DNA from: Patescibacteria group bacterium
GTDB taxonomy: Bacteria > Pseudomonadota > Alphaproteobacteria > Micavibrionales > UBA2020
NCBI GenBank assembly: GCA_035626855.1
Contig: DASPMW010000109.1
Location: 895 to 64,894 of the forward strand
Length of the DNA stretch: 64,000 nt
Reading direction: 5' to 3'
The translations under genes were made by a program, and so were the position numbers. Shown in pieces: positions 42,957-53,085 of the stretch; within the stretch, counting starts at the first letter, position 1; the number at the start of each line of letters is the position of its first letter. The notes beneath the pieces were generated by a model. The model was not told the origin of the DNA. It ran no database searches and saw only the letters and a program-made list of their open reading frames with translations.

Positions 42957-44047
42957 AGGCCGGCGAGGATTTTCTGGTCAAGCGGGGGATGGCTGAGGAA
43001 GCCCTTGATGTCGTTATCCGCGAAGCCGAGCGACATCGGGCATTTCAGGCCGGGCACAACGGCGACGTCATACACTTCGGTCATCGCGCCCTCGGCATGG
43101 AACCACTCGACGCATTTGCCGGTCGCGAGGTCAATCACCTCGATGCCGCAGACGGGTTCGCGCCCAGCATCGGAGAGCTTGCCATCAAGTGCGAGACCTT
43201 CGAAATGCTTGTCGCGCGGCTTCGACAGCCCGACGAAGGCGTAATTGCCGTGGAACGACAATCCGCGCAGGAATCCCGGGCAAAAAGCCCGCGGCTGGAA
43301 TTTGCGGGCTGCAGTATCCACAGTACCAAGTTCGCCGGTGCCGGAGTTGAGCACCCAGAGTTCGCCATTATGCAGCCGCGGCGAATGCGGCATCGACATG
43401 CCCTCGCAGACGATCTCGTTGCTGCGCACATCGATCACCACGCCGCCGCCGCCGCGATGCGGCCGCCAGCCCTGGTCGGTGTCGCTGACGCCGCAGGCGG
43501 TGACATAGCGCGGGGCGCCGTTTTCCACGGCAAGGCCGTTGAGGTGGCAGCGGTCCTCGCCCACGATGGCCGAGATGAAGGCAGGCTTCCATACCGGGAT
43601 GAAACTATCCTTGGGGCTTGTCGTGGCGAGGCAGTTGAACAGCGTGTTGACGAAGATGATCCGGCCATCCGAAAGCTGCCCGACGTCATGCGCGTCGAGC
43701 ACGCCGGTGTTATGCGTCGTGCGCGGCACGTAGCAGGCGTCGTAGGTGTCCTGGATCAGTTTTCCTTTCGGCAGGCCGTTTTCGAAGCGCTGCATCTGGA
43801 AGTGCGTCGCAAGCAGCAGCGTGTTGCCGGCGACATGCAGCCCCATCGCCTTTTCAAAAATGCGCGCATGCACCATCAGCGCGCCCTGCGGATTGCGTCC
43901 GAGCAGATAGAACTTCCCCGACTGATAGGATGTCAGCGCCAGCGAAATATTCAGCCGCGCGAGGCACGCGATAAAGCCGTCCGACATTGCGAAGGTGACA
44001 GGCGGGGCTTTGTTTTCGGCAACCGGGGCCGGCGTCGCGTCGCTCAC
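42953..44047 (-). CDS. TIGR03032/DUF4915-like conserved hypothetical protein
   Basis: 364 aa. FVNTLFNCLATTSPKDSFIPVWKPAFISAIVGEDRCHLNGLAVENGAPRYVTA and HSPRLHNGELWVLNSGTGELG match my recollection of this uncharacterised beta-propeller-like family. The start is GTG. Confidence 0.55.
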   Translation of the reverse strand: MSDATPAPVAENKAPPVTFAMSDGFIACLARLNISLALTSYQSGKFYLLGRNPQGALMVHARIFEKAMGLHVAGNTLLLATHFQMQRFENGLPKGKLIQDTYDACYVPRTTHNTGVLDAHDVGQLSDGRIIFVNTLFNCLATTSPKDSFIPVWKPAFISAIVGEDRCHLNGLAVENGAPRYVTACGVSDTDQGWRPHRGGGGVVIDVRSNEIVCEGMSMPHSPRLHNGELWVLNSGTGELGTVDTAARKFQPRAFCPGFLRGLSFHGNYAFVGLSKPRDKHFEGLALDGKLSDAGREPVCGIEVIDLATGKCVEWFHAEGAMTEVYDVAVVPGLKCPMSLGFADNDIKGFLSHPPLDQKILAGL

Positions 44048-44048
44048 G

Positions 44049-44459
44049 TCATTTCACCCGGTTTTTGCGCGCTTCGTGAAAGCCGTGCAGGCCGATATGC
44101 CATTGCAGCGCGACGACCGCGCCCTTGACGGGCTGGAGCAGCAGCCAGGACAGGCCGACCGCGACGATGGGCCAGGCGATGACATGGAAGATGTAAGGCG
44201 GCTCGAAATGCTTCTCCGCAAACATTACGAGCGGCACGAGGATGTGGCCGATGATGAGGATGACGATATAGGCAGGGAAGTCATCGGCGCGGTGGTGATG
44301 AAAATCCTCGCTGCAGCGGCTGCAGCGGTCGGCGACCTTTAAATGCGCGCGGAAAATATCGCCCTCGCCGCAGGCCGGGCATTTGCCGCGCAACCCGCGG
44401 CAGAGCACGCCGGTCAGCGATAACGGCGCGGCGGGGGTGTCGGGTTCGGTCTGGGTCAT
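44049..44459 (-). CDS. DUF983-family membrane protein
   Basis: CPACGEGDIFRAHLKVADRCSRCSEDFHHHRADDFPAYIVILIIGHILVPLVM is a zinc ribbon followed by TM helices. I chose the ATG at 44459. Confidence 0.75.
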   Translation of the reverse strand: MTQTEPDTPAAPLSLTGVLCRGLRGKCPACGEGDIFRAHLKVADRCSRCSEDFHHHRADDFPAYIVILIIGHILVPLVMFAEKHFEPPYIFHVIAWPIVAVGLSWLLLQPVKGAVVALQWHIGLHGFHEARKNRVK

Positions 44460-44573
44460 GGCTTTTCTCCTGCGGCTAACATAGCGCAGCAGCGCCGAAA
44501 ATGAAGCATTTCGACGCTGGGATACCATGTTAAGAGGTACAAAAAGCCGGCCGGGGTTTGCGCGTTACGGCAA

Positions 44574-45074
44574 TTACAGGTTGACCTTGGCGTTTTCGCC
44601 CAGCTTTGGCGCGTTGCCGGTGACGGCGGAGACGAGCATCGCGCCCGAGGTCATAAGGTTATTGAGGCCGTCCCACAACTCGCCCGATTCGGGGCGGAAG
44701 GTGATGACGCGGATCTCGGGATCGTCCTCGCTGTCCCACCAGGCTTTGTAGAAGCTGTTCCAAAGATCCTTGATCAGCGCGCGGTCATTGGTGACTTCGG
44801 CTGTGCCGCGGATGGAGATGAACTTGTTCGCGTCGTTATCGACGAAGGCGAGCATGACGGAGGGGTTTTCGGCGATCTGGATTTCCTTCGGCGAGCCGGT
44901 TTTGTCGAGGAAATAGATCGCGTGGTCTTCGCGCTTCACATGCGCCGACATCGGCCGCGCGTTCAGCTGCGTTTGCGCGGCGGTAATGAGCATGCAGGTG
45001 CGCATCTTTGCCGCCAGTTCCCAGATGCGGTCAATCGCCTCATGGGCGGGCTTGGTGTCGTAATCGTTGTTCAT
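44574..45074 (-). CDS. Pyridoxamine 5'-phosphate oxidase-family protein (general stress protein 26-like)
   Basis: 166 aa. The LITAAQTQLNARPMS...AIYFLD...SIRGTAEVTNDRALIKDLW pattern matches. Confidence 0.75.
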   Translation of the reverse strand: MNNDYDTKPAHEAIDRIWELAAKMRTCMLITAAQTQLNARPMSAHVKREDHAIYFLDKTGSPKEIQIAENPSVMLAFVDNDANKFISIRGTAEVTNDRALIKDLWNSFYKAWWDSEDDPEIRVITFRPESGELWDGLNNLMTSGAMLVSAVTGNAPKLGENAKVNL

Positions 45075-45156
45075 GGGATCCTCCAGATGAAAGCATGCCG
45101 GAGGACAACTGCGCGAGGCAGGTCCTTGTTCCGATTAAATATTTATGGAGGAAAAA

Positions 45157-45231
<75 letters not shown>

Positions 45232-45337
45232 GTCATGCGCCGGAGAATCCCCCGGCGCGGGTACCCATGAGAAATATGGGATTTGCGGGTCTTTGTCAAG
45301 AAATCCTGCGCGGGGGTTTATCCAGTTATTTCAACAA

Positions 45338-45378
45338 ATTAAAAGCCCGCCCCATCGAAACGGGGCGGGCTTGTTTTC
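45338..45378 (-). terminator. Intrinsic terminator after fadN-thiolase operon
   Basis: AGCCCGCCCC-ATCGAAA-CGGGGCGGGCT hairpin (45344-45371). In minus-strand sense it is followed by TTTTAATTTG. Confidence 0.65.
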
Positions 45379-45400
45379 CTGTGTGTGCAGGAGAAGCGGG

Positions 45401-48061
45401 TTATTGCGGCTTTTTGGGCGGCGTCACGTTCGGCCAGTTGACCTTGGCCTTGGTATCGCGCTCGAGGGCCGCGGTGTTGTCGTTGACCGCCTTGTGCGTG
45501 AACTTGTTGAACACGCCCTTGATCGGCTGGGTGATCGCGCGGGCGATGAAGGAGGGGCGATCCGCCTCTTCCCGCAGTTTTTGCGCGGTCGTGCCTTTCA
45601 GCGGCGGTTCGCGCAGCGGCTTGCCGGTTTTGAGCATGGTTTCGACGCGGGCCATGGTGCGCTTGTCGTGGATGAGCTCCATGAAATGCTTGCGCTCGAG
45701 CTCGCGCAGGTAGTCCTGCGTGACCACGACGCCGGGGCCCGCCTTGTCGCCGCCTGTCAGGACTTTGCCGACCTTGTCGGACACAATGACGTCATAAGAC
45801 GTCGCAGCGCCTTTCAGGAAGAAGCCGTCGACCGCCATCGCAAGCGCGGCAGAGCCCGAAGGTCCCGGCAGCGTCATGTTGAACGGCACTTCCGGCTTGA
45901 AGTCGACGCTGAGCTCCAGCGCTTTCTTCTTGGCATCCGCGAGCAGGCGCGATTTGTTCATCGTCACGCCGTCCGTGTCGCGGAAGTAACCGAGGTCTTT
46001 CGCTTCAAAAGCCGAGAGGCCGACTTTCGCGGTCGAGATGGTTTCGAACACTGTCGCAACCGCCGGCATCGGGCCGCCGGGCAGGCGCTTGTTCTGCTTC
46101 GCGCGAGTCATCAGCTCGGTCGAGCCGCCCCAGGCGGGGAGCAGGCCGACGCCGACTTCGACGAGGCCGGGATATGTTTCGGCATGCGCCTGGACGTGGT
46201 GGCTGTGCAGCAGGATCTCGCAGCCGCCGCCGAGCGCCTTGCCGGCCGGGGCCGAGACGACGGGGAAGTTGGCGTATTTGAGGCGCTTGTAGGTGTCCTG
46301 CCCCATCTTGACCATCTTCTCGACCAGCCAGAACTGCTTGGCCTTCGCGGCATAGAGCGCGACGCCGATATTCGCGCCGACGGAGAAATCATCCGCTTCG
46401 TTGTGGATGACGAGCGCCTTGTATTTGCCGCCCGGCTTGCCGCCGTTTTCGATGATGTCGGCCGCCTTGTTCATCATGCCGAGCGACATGAAATCGAGCG
46501 AGTTCATCTTCGAATGGAATTCGAGGCAGATCACGCCGTCGCCGATATCCCAGAGCGAGGCCGACATGTTTTTCGCGACGAGGTTTTTCTTGTCGCGCTT
46601 GACGTCGGAGAGCAGCAGCACGCCTTCGGGGCGTTTGACTTCCACATACTCGCCATCCTTGTTGAGCATGTTGAGCTTGTTGTCGATGTTTTTGTAGAAG
46701 GTCTTGCCGGCTGCTTTTTTCAGCAGTTCGGGAACTTCGTCGCCGTCTTTTTCAAGACGCTTGATGAAGTAATCGACGCCCAGTTTATCGAGCATCTCGA
46801 AGGGGCCGTATTTCCAGTTGTAGCCGAGCTTCATGCCCTGATCGACGTCATAGATCGATCCGGCGACCGTATGCGCGTGCTGCAGGGAATAGACGAGGGT
46901 CTGCTTGACGACCGACCAGGCATATTCGCCATATTTGTCGTCGTGTTCGACCAGCGCGCGCAAGCCGCCTTTTTTCGAGGCATTCAGGATCTCGAGCTCA
47001 ATCGGCTTTTGTTTGCCCGAGGAATCTTTTTTCTTCGCGAACAGCTTCAGCGGCGCGGAGAGCACGCGGGCGATCGCGGTGGAGGCCTTCGCAAAGCCGG
47101 ATTTCGCAGGCACTACTTTGGTTTTCGGGTGCAGCGCGCCGGTTTCGAGATCGACCGCGAAGTCGTTCTTGTTTTCGTCGCGGCGATAGAAACCGCCCTT
47201 GCCTTTGCGGCCCGTATAGCCTTCCTTGATCATGTTGTCGATCACGGGATGGGTGCGGTTCGCCTTCACATAGCCGTCTTCCGCCGGCAGGGAGCCGACA
47301 AGCGATTTCGAGATATGCGGCATGAGGTCGAGGCCGACGAGGTCGACGAGGCCGAAGATGCCGGTTTTCGGCACGCCCATTGGCTTGCCGACGATCGCGT
47401 CTGCTTCCTCGACCGTGATCTTGCGCGCAATCGCTTCGTTGATCGCGGATTGAATCCAGAAGGTGCCGATGCGGTTGGCAATGAAGCCAGGCGTGTCGTT
47501 GCAATGCACGACGCCCTTGCCGAGTTTTTCATCGAGGAAGCGCGTCAGGTCGGCGACCATCGCGGGGTCGTTGTGTTCCGACGTCACCAGCTCCAGCAGC
47601 GGCATGTAGCGCGGCGGGTTGAAGAAGTGGGTGATGACGAAATCTTTTTTGAGCTGTTCCGACTGGTCGGCGATCAGGTCTTTCAGCGGAATTGTCGAGG
47701 TGTTGGACGCGACGATGGAGCCGGGTTTGCGGTTGGCGTCGATCTTCTTGAAGATGTCGGATTTCACCTTGGGATCTTCGAAGACGGCTTCGATGATGAT
47801 ATCGACGTCCTTCAGGCGCTCCATATGGTCTTCGGTATTGCCGGGACGGATCTTGCGCGCGTTTTTCTTGTGCATCAGCGGCGCGGGATTCGTTTTCAGC
47901 AGTTTTTCGACAGCGCCTTCCGCGATTGCGGTGCGGTTGGCCGGGTTTTTCGGATCGACGCGGTCGAGCAGTTCGACCTCGTAGCCGGCATTGGCGAGGT
48001 GCGCGGCAATGCCCGCCCCCATGACGCCCGCGCCGATAACGGCTGCTTTTTTGATAGCCAT
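45401..48061 (-). CDS. Fused 3-hydroxyacyl-CoA dehydrogenase / enoyl-CoA hydratase (FadN/FadB-like)
   Basis: 886 aa. N-terminal Rossmann motif AAVIGAGVMGAGIAAHLANAG, 3HCDH C-domains, then a crotonase-like region (VISAPAGKALGGGCEILL). It sits immediately downstream of a thiolase. Confidence 0.9.
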   Translation of the reverse strand: MAIKKAAVIGAGVMGAGIAAHLANAGYEVELLDRVDPKNPANRTAIAEGAVEKLLKTNPAPLMHKKNARKIRPGNTEDHMERLKDVDIIIEAVFEDPKVKSDIFKKIDANRKPGSIVASNTSTIPLKDLIADQSEQLKKDFVITHFFNPPRYMPLLELVTSEHNDPAMVADLTRFLDEKLGKGVVHCNDTPGFIANRIGTFWIQSAINEAIARKITVEEADAIVGKPMGVPKTGIFGLVDLVGLDLMPHISKSLVGSLPAEDGYVKANRTHPVIDNMIKEGYTGRKGKGGFYRRDENKNDFAVDLETGALHPKTKVVPAKSGFAKASTAIARVLSAPLKLFAKKKDSSGKQKPIELEILNASKKGGLRALVEHDDKYGEYAWSVVKQTLVYSLQHAHTVAGSIYDVDQGMKLGYNWKYGPFEMLDKLGVDYFIKRLEKDGDEVPELLKKAAGKTFYKNIDNKLNMLNKDGEYVEVKRPEGVLLLSDVKRDKKNLVAKNMSASLWDIGDGVICLEFHSKMNSLDFMSLGMMNKAADIIENGGKPGGKYKALVIHNEADDFSVGANIGVALYAAKAKQFWLVEKMVKMGQDTYKRLKYANFPVVSAPAGKALGGGCEILLHSHHVQAHAETYPGLVEVGVGLLPAWGGSTELMTRAKQNKRLPGGPMPAVATVFETISTAKVGLSAFEAKDLGYFRDTDGVTMNKSRLLADAKKKALELSVDFKPEVPFNMTLPGPSGSAALAMAVDGFFLKGAATSYDVIVSDKVGKVLTGGDKAGPGVVVTQDYLRELERKHFMELIHDKRTMARVETMLKTGKPLREPPLKGTTAQKLREEADRPSFIARAITQPIKGVFNKFTHKAVNDNTAALERDTKAKVNWPNVTPPKKPQ

Positions 48062-48090
48062 GTCAGTTTCCTTTCAAGGAAAGATAAGGA

Positions 48091-49266
48091 TCAGGGTTTG
48101 GGAGCGGCGGGCGTGTATTTTTTCAACACGGTCGTGATGCCCTGCCCCGCGCCGATGCACTGGGTCGAGATCGCGTAGTCGCCGTCCTTGCCTTCGTCAT
48201 GCAGCAGCTGCGCGGCCTTGCCGGTGATGCGGGCACCGGTCGCGCCGAGCGGGTGGCCGAGCGCTATCGCGCCGCCATGGACGTTCAGTTTTTCGTCGGG
48301 AATGCCCAGTTCGCGCTGGCTTGCGACCGACTGGCTGGCGAAGGCTTCGTTCATCTCGACGAATTTGACCTGGCTCATATCGATGCCGGCCTTTGCCATC
48401 GCCTTTTGCGTGGCCGGCACGGGGCCGAGGCCCATGACTTCCGGGTCAAGGCCGACGACCGCGAAGGATTTCACTTCCGCCAGGATTTCGAGGCCGTGCT
48501 TCAGCGCGAATTCTTCGGAGCAGACGAGCACTGCCGCCGCCCCATCGGTGACGGGCGAGGAGGTCGCGGCCGTGACCGTGCCTTCCTTCATGAAAGCAGG
48601 CTTCAGTTTCGCGAGGCCTTCTGCCGTCGAGTCGGGACGGGGGCAGCCGTCTTCCGACACGATCACGCCCTTCGGCGTCTTGATCTTGACGATTTCGGCT
48701 TCGGTCAGGCCGGCTTTTTTCGCAGCGGCCGCCTTGAACTGCGATTTCAGGGAGAATTCTTCCTGTTCCTGGCGGGTCACGCCTTTGCGCGCGGCGACAT
48801 TCTCTGCCGTTTCGCCCATGCCCATATAGGCGCCGGGGACGTTTTTATAAAGCTCGGGGTTCGGCGCGGGGTTGAAGCCGCCCATCGGCACGCGGGACAT
48901 GCTTTCCACGCCTGCCGCGATCACCGCATCCGCCATGCCCATCGCAATGGCGCCAGCTGCGTCGTGAATCGCCTGCATCGAGGAGCCGCAGAAGCGGTTG
49001 ATGGTCACGCCGCCGATTTCGGTAGGAAGGCCCGCCTGCAGCACGACGAGGCGCGCCATGTTGAGACCCTGCTCGCCTTCCGGCATCGCGCAGCCGAGCT
49101 TCAGGTCGTCGACCAGCTTGGGATCGACGCCGGTCTTCTGCACGAGGCCAGCGACAGTCTGCGCCATCAGATCGTCGGGGCGCACGCCCGCAAGCTCGCC
49201 CTTGCCCGCAGGCGTGAAGGGGGAACGGACGTAACCAGCAATCACTACTTTTTTAGACTCGGTCAT
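48091..49266 (-). CDS. Acetyl-CoA C-acyltransferase (thiolase)
   Basis: I chose the ATG at 49266 (MTESKKVVIAGYVRSPF...). It carries the active-site context NRFCGSSMQAI and C-terminal GGAIALGHPLGATGAR...CIGAGQG. Confidence 0.92.
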   Translation of the reverse strand: MTESKKVVIAGYVRSPFTPAGKGELAGVRPDDLMAQTVAGLVQKTGVDPKLVDDLKLGCAMPEGEQGLNMARLVVLQAGLPTEIGGVTINRFCGSSMQAIHDAAGAIAMGMADAVIAAGVESMSRVPMGGFNPAPNPELYKNVPGAYMGMGETAENVAARKGVTRQEQEEFSLKSQFKAAAAKKAGLTEAEIVKIKTPKGVIVSEDGCPRPDSTAEGLAKLKPAFMKEGTVTAATSSPVTDGAAAVLVCSEEFALKHGLEILAEVKSFAVVGLDPEVMGLGPVPATQKAMAKAGIDMSQVKFVEMNEAFASQSVASQRELGIPDEKLNVHGGAIALGHPLGATGARITGKAAQLLHDEGKDGDYAISTQCIGAGQGITTVLKKYTPAAPKP

Positions 49267-49444
49267 TTCATGGCCTCGTTTGTTAAAACGCGTTGAATTC
49301 GGCCACACCCCTTTGAAAACGGCTTTGCGCCCCAAAGAATCCCCAGATGGGCGGCGCCGCTTTTTTTATTTCAAAGGAGTATGAAACAACGACCCCTTGA
49401 CGTAAAGCCGCAAAAGGCAAAAAGCCGGAAAGAATCTTTACGCG

Positions 49445-49490
49445 TGTAAACAAAAGAAATTCGGCGGATATGTTTTCATATCCGCCGAAT
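49445..49490 (-). terminator. Intrinsic terminator after the TerC-family gene
   Basis: ATTCGGCGGATATG-(loop)-CATATCCGCCGAAT hairpin (49459-49490). In minus-strand sense it is followed by TTCTTTTGTTT. Confidence 0.65.
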
Positions 49491-49516
49491 AATCTTTCAA
49501 GCCTTATGTCTAAAGC

Positions 49517-50602
49517 TTATTTCTTCTTGGCTGCCTTTTTCTCCGCACGCGCGGCGGCTTCCGTCTTGATGAAGGAAAACACGCCGCCCGCGATCAGCGT
49601 GCCCACGGTCAGGAGCAGCGATACCCAAGGGGGCATATGGAAGGCATAGCCGCCGATGGTCGCAGCCAGGTCAGGGTTATGCGGCGAAATCCATGCTGCG
49701 ATTTCTTCGGGCCCTTTGCCGATCAGCACCTTGAGGCCGATGAACACCAGAACCAGCGACAGCGCGTATTTCAGGTACTGGAAGCGATCCAGCATCGCCG
49801 AAAGCGCGAAGTAGAGCGCGCGCAGGCCCATGATTGCGAACAGGTTGGAGGTATAAACGAGGAACGGATCCTGCGTGATGGCAAGGATGGCCGGGATGCT
49901 GTCGACCGCGAAGATCACGTCCACAACTTCGATCACGCAGAGCGCAAGGAACAAGGGCGTCGCGAACAGCACCATCTTTCCTGTCTTCGGCGATTTTTCA
50001 CGCACGAGGAAGTGGTGACCATGAAAATCCTCGGTCAGCCGCAGGTGCTTACGGAAGAACTTGACCACTTTGTTGTTCGAAAGATCCTGCTCTTCGTCGC
50101 CGTCGTCCATGAATAGCATCTTGGCGCCGGTATAGACGAGAAACAGTGCGAAAATGAGCAGCACCCATTCAAAGCGCTGCACGATCGCGGAACCCGCGCC
50201 GATCATAATGCCGCGCATGACGATCACGCCCATGATGCCCCAGAACAGTACGCGGTGCTGGAACTGCTTGGGCACGGCGAAGTAGCTGAGGACCAGCGAG
50301 ATGACGAAGATATTGTCCATGGAGAGGGACAGTTCCACGAGGTAGCCCGTAATGAAGAGGCCGGCCTTTTCCGGCCCGCCGCTGTCGAGCATGAAGATCC
50401 AGCCGCCAAAGGCGAGCGCGATCAGCCCGTAGATGGCCGAGAGACGCAAGGATTCCTTGGCGCCGAACACATGGTCCTTTTTATTGATGACGTTGAGGTC
50501 GAAGACGAGGACGCCCAGGAACACGGCGAAGAACACGCCCCAGACCCAGAGCGGCTGTCCCCCCAGAGCGGCAAGGTTGTCGACCAAGGCAGATGTGTCC
50601 AT
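49517..50602 (-). CDS. TerC-family integral membrane protein
   Basis: I chose the ATG at 50602 (MDTSALVDNLAALGG...). Multi-TM, with the paired TerC motifs SLSMDNIFVISLV and FAVDSIPAILAIT. Confidence 0.85.
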   Translation of the reverse strand: MDTSALVDNLAALGGQPLWVWGVFFAVFLGVLVFDLNVINKKDHVFGAKESLRLSAIYGLIALAFGGWIFMLDSGGPEKAGLFITGYLVELSLSMDNIFVISLVLSYFAVPKQFQHRVLFWGIMGVIVMRGIMIGAGSAIVQRFEWVLLIFALFLVYTGAKMLFMDDGDEEQDLSNNKVVKFFRKHLRLTEDFHGHHFLVREKSPKTGKMVLFATPLFLALCVIEVVDVIFAVDSIPAILAITQDPFLVYTSNLFAIMGLRALYFALSAMLDRFQYLKYALSLVLVFIGLKVLIGKGPEEIAAWISPHNPDLAATIGGYAFHMPPWVSLLLTVGTLIAGGVFSFIKTEAAARAEKKAAKKK

Positions 50603-50631
50603 TGTAACCTCGATAATAATGTTAGCCGGTA

Positions 50632-51150
50632 CTAACCGGAAATGATGTTGAGCACCTCGGCCAGCATTGGTCCGAGATATTCCTTGAAGCCGATGACGAC
50701 CAGCAGGATGCCGACCGGTGTTCCCCATACCGTGCGGAACGGGTTCATGTGCGCGGCGTCGAGTGATTTCTGGACCACCAGCGCGACAAAAGGTACGACG
50801 CCTGCGGCAAGCAGCAACGCAAGAGCCCGGATGGCGATCAGCAGGGCATAATCGATTTCCTGGGCGCCGGTGACATTGATGTTCTGCGTCTTGAACAGCA
50901 GGTTGTCCAGCGCGTCCCAGCCGAGCCTTAAATTAAGCCCGCCGGCAGAAATGTATTTTTCGGACGCCATCCACGAGACCGCGAGGGCCGCGACATAAAT
51001 CGTGATGACGGAAACCGCGGCACTGGTTTCCTTGCCTTCCCGTTTCGACAGGACTGCCGCGCCGCCGCCGCCCTGGATCTGCTGGGCAAGGCGGATCTTC
51101 TCGCGCGCGCCGACGCGGGGCGGAATATTCTTTTTGCCGATGCCAAACAT
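50632..51150 (-). CDS. Hypothetical membrane protein
   Basis: 172 aa with three or four hydrophobic segments. Its stop lies 29 nt upstream of the TerC start. No recognisable family. Confidence 0.5.
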   Translation of the reverse strand: MFGIGKKNIPPRVGAREKIRLAQQIQGGGGAAVLSKREGKETSAAVSVITIYVAALAVSWMASEKYISAGGLNLRLGWDALDNLLFKTQNINVTGAQEIDYALLIAIRALALLLAAGVVPFVALVVQKSLDAAHMNPFRTVWGTPVGILLVVIGFKEYLGPMLAEVLNIISG

Positions 51151-51221
51151 TATAGAAACCTCGTCACTTTCCCAGCTTTGCTATCTTAGCCAAGCTTGGG
51201 GATAAAGATAAAGAGGTCATA

Positions 51222-52592
51222 TCAGGCCTTTACGATATTCGCCTTGTTATGGACTGCATGCAGCGCATTGCGGGTGTCGATCACAAGCTTCGCATTCGCC
51301 GCAACCATCCCATAATCAACATCGTCATGGTCGGTCACGACTACGACCGCATCATAGGTCGCGATCTTTTCGGCGGACAGCGAGACGGAGGCCATGCCGG
51401 CGTAATGGGCATGCTCACGAGTCGGCGGCACGATATCGACATGCGGGTCATGGAAGTCGATGGTCGCGCGGCGGGCGGCCAGAAGGTCCATGATCGTGAA
51501 CGATGGGCTTTCGCGGATATCGGAGACGTTTTTCTTGTACGCCATGCCGAGAATAAGAATTCTGGACGCGCTCAGGGATTTGACAAAACGCTCGTCCAGC
51601 GCCTCGGCGAGGCGGTTCACCACAAAGCGCGGCATGGAAATATTGATCTCGCCCGCGAGCTCGATGAATTTGGTGGCGATGCCGAATTCGCGCGCCTTCC
51701 AAGTCAGGTAAAACGGGTCGATCGGAATGCAGTGCCCGCCAAGGCCGGGGCCCGGATAGAAGGGCATGTAGCCGAAAGGCTTGGTCTTGGCGGCTTCGAT
51801 GACTTCCCAGATGTCAATGCCCATCGCGTCATAGATCACCTTGAGCTCGTTCACGAGAGCGATGTTGACGGAGCGGAAAATGTTTTCGGTCAGCTTGACG
51901 GCTTCCGCGGTCGCGGTGGATGACACGGCCACGGTTTTGCTGAGGAACTGGTCATACATCGTCTGCGCGATCCGTAGCGCGGCAGCGCCGTCGCCGCCCA
52001 CGACTTTCGGGATGATGGCGGTATGGAATTTCGCGTTGCCCGGATCTTCACGCTCCGGCGAGAATGCGAGGAAGAAGTCGACGCCCGATTTGAGGCCGCT
52101 TGCCGCTTCGAGGATGGGCGCGACGAGGTCGCTGGTAGTTCCTGGATAGGTTGTCGACTCCAGCACGACCAGCTGCCCGCGCTTGAGGTATTTCGCGACG
52201 GTCTCGACCGTCTTGACGACATAGGTCATGTCGGGTTCGCGGTTTTTGTTGAGCGGCGTCGGAACGCAGAGGATGACTGCATCGACCTCCGCAAGTTTCG
52301 AGAAATCGCTGGTCGCGGTCAGCAGGCCCGACTTGACGAAACCCGACAGTTTGTCGCTCGGCACGGTGCCGATATAGGATTCGCCGCCGCGCAGCTTCTT
52401 CATCTTGGCTTCGTCGATATCGAAGCCGACAGTTTGAAAATCCTTGGCGCAGGTCGCGCAGGCGAGCGGCAGGCCGACATAGCCAAGGCCGATAATGCCG
52501 ATCTTCGCCGTGCGGTCGACGAATTTGGCGCAAAGCGCATCGACATCGAGGGCAGGCTGGACGGGCTGGAGGCTGGCGCGCTGTGCGGTCAT
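51222..52592 (-). CDS. Nucleotide-sugar dehydrogenase (UDP-glucose/GDP-mannose dehydrogenase family; UDP-N-acetyl-amino-sugar type)
   Basis: KIGIIGLGYVGLPLA is the Rossmann motif, and GGHCIPIDP is the catalytic Cys context. I chose the ATG at 52592. Confidence 0.85.
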   Translation of the reverse strand: MTAQRASLQPVQPALDVDALCAKFVDRTAKIGIIGLGYVGLPLACATCAKDFQTVGFDIDEAKMKKLRGGESYIGTVPSDKLSGFVKSGLLTATSDFSKLAEVDAVILCVPTPLNKNREPDMTYVVKTVETVAKYLKRGQLVVLESTTYPGTTSDLVAPILEAASGLKSGVDFFLAFSPEREDPGNAKFHTAIIPKVVGGDGAAALRIAQTMYDQFLSKTVAVSSTATAEAVKLTENIFRSVNIALVNELKVIYDAMGIDIWEVIEAAKTKPFGYMPFYPGPGLGGHCIPIDPFYLTWKAREFGIATKFIELAGEINISMPRFVVNRLAEALDERFVKSLSASRILILGMAYKKNVSDIRESPSFTIMDLLAARRATIDFHDPHVDIVPPTREHAHYAGMASVSLSAEKIATYDAVVVVTDHDDVDYGMVAANAKLVIDTRNALHAVHNKANIVKA

Positions 52593-52669
52593 GGCTTGTT
52601 TTCCGAGTTGGTTAAGCGGCGTCTTTTTTAACATATTGAATGGGTTGCAGCCAAGAAATAACCTGATTA

Positions 52670-52698
52670 TTGACATAATTATCGGGTAAAGCTAGGTT
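52670..52698 (+). promoter_or_regulatory. Candidate sigma-70 promoter (possibly giving a leaderless mRNA)
   Basis: TTGACA (52670-52675), a 17-nt spacer, then TAGGTT (52693-52698). The ATG of the next ORF is at 52705, only 6 nt past the -10 box. Confidence 0.3.
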
Positions 52699-52704
52699 AT
52701 TGTG

Positions 52705-53085
52705 ATGAAAAACCCGCTGCAAAATCTGTCGAAGGGCGTTAAATCGCTGTTCAACCTTGTCGTCAAGGGCGAAAGCCTTCAGGACACTGCCCGCAAACCC
52801 GATGCAATTGCCGCCCTGGTGGCCGCATCGGCGCCTTCTTTCGCGGGTTCGGGCGAGGAAGACTACGCAAAGACGCCTGCGGCAGCGCTCAAGCGCATAC
52901 GCACCAAGGATCTTGAAACCCTTGTCGAGCACAAGGTTGCCGTCGGGCTTGATCCGCGCCTGGGCGAGCAGGGGTTGACGACGCGCGAAAAGCCGGTGAA
53001 TGCGGTTTATTACAGCCGCGGCAAAAGCGGCGGCACGCTTGCCCTGCCGGACTTCAGGGATGGATTCTCCCTTCAACGCGCGTGA
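52705..53085 (+). CDS. Hypothetical protein (orphan)
   Basis: 126 aa from the ATG at 52705 (MKNPLQNLSKGVKSLFNLVVKGESLQD...). No SD and no recognisable family. Confidence 0.4.
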   Translation: MKNPLQNLSKGVKSLFNLVVKGESLQDTARKPDAIAALVAASAPSFAGSGEEDYAKTPAAALKRIRTKDLETLVEHKVAVGLDPRLGEQGLTTREKPVNAVYYSRGKSGGTLALPDFRDGFSLQRA

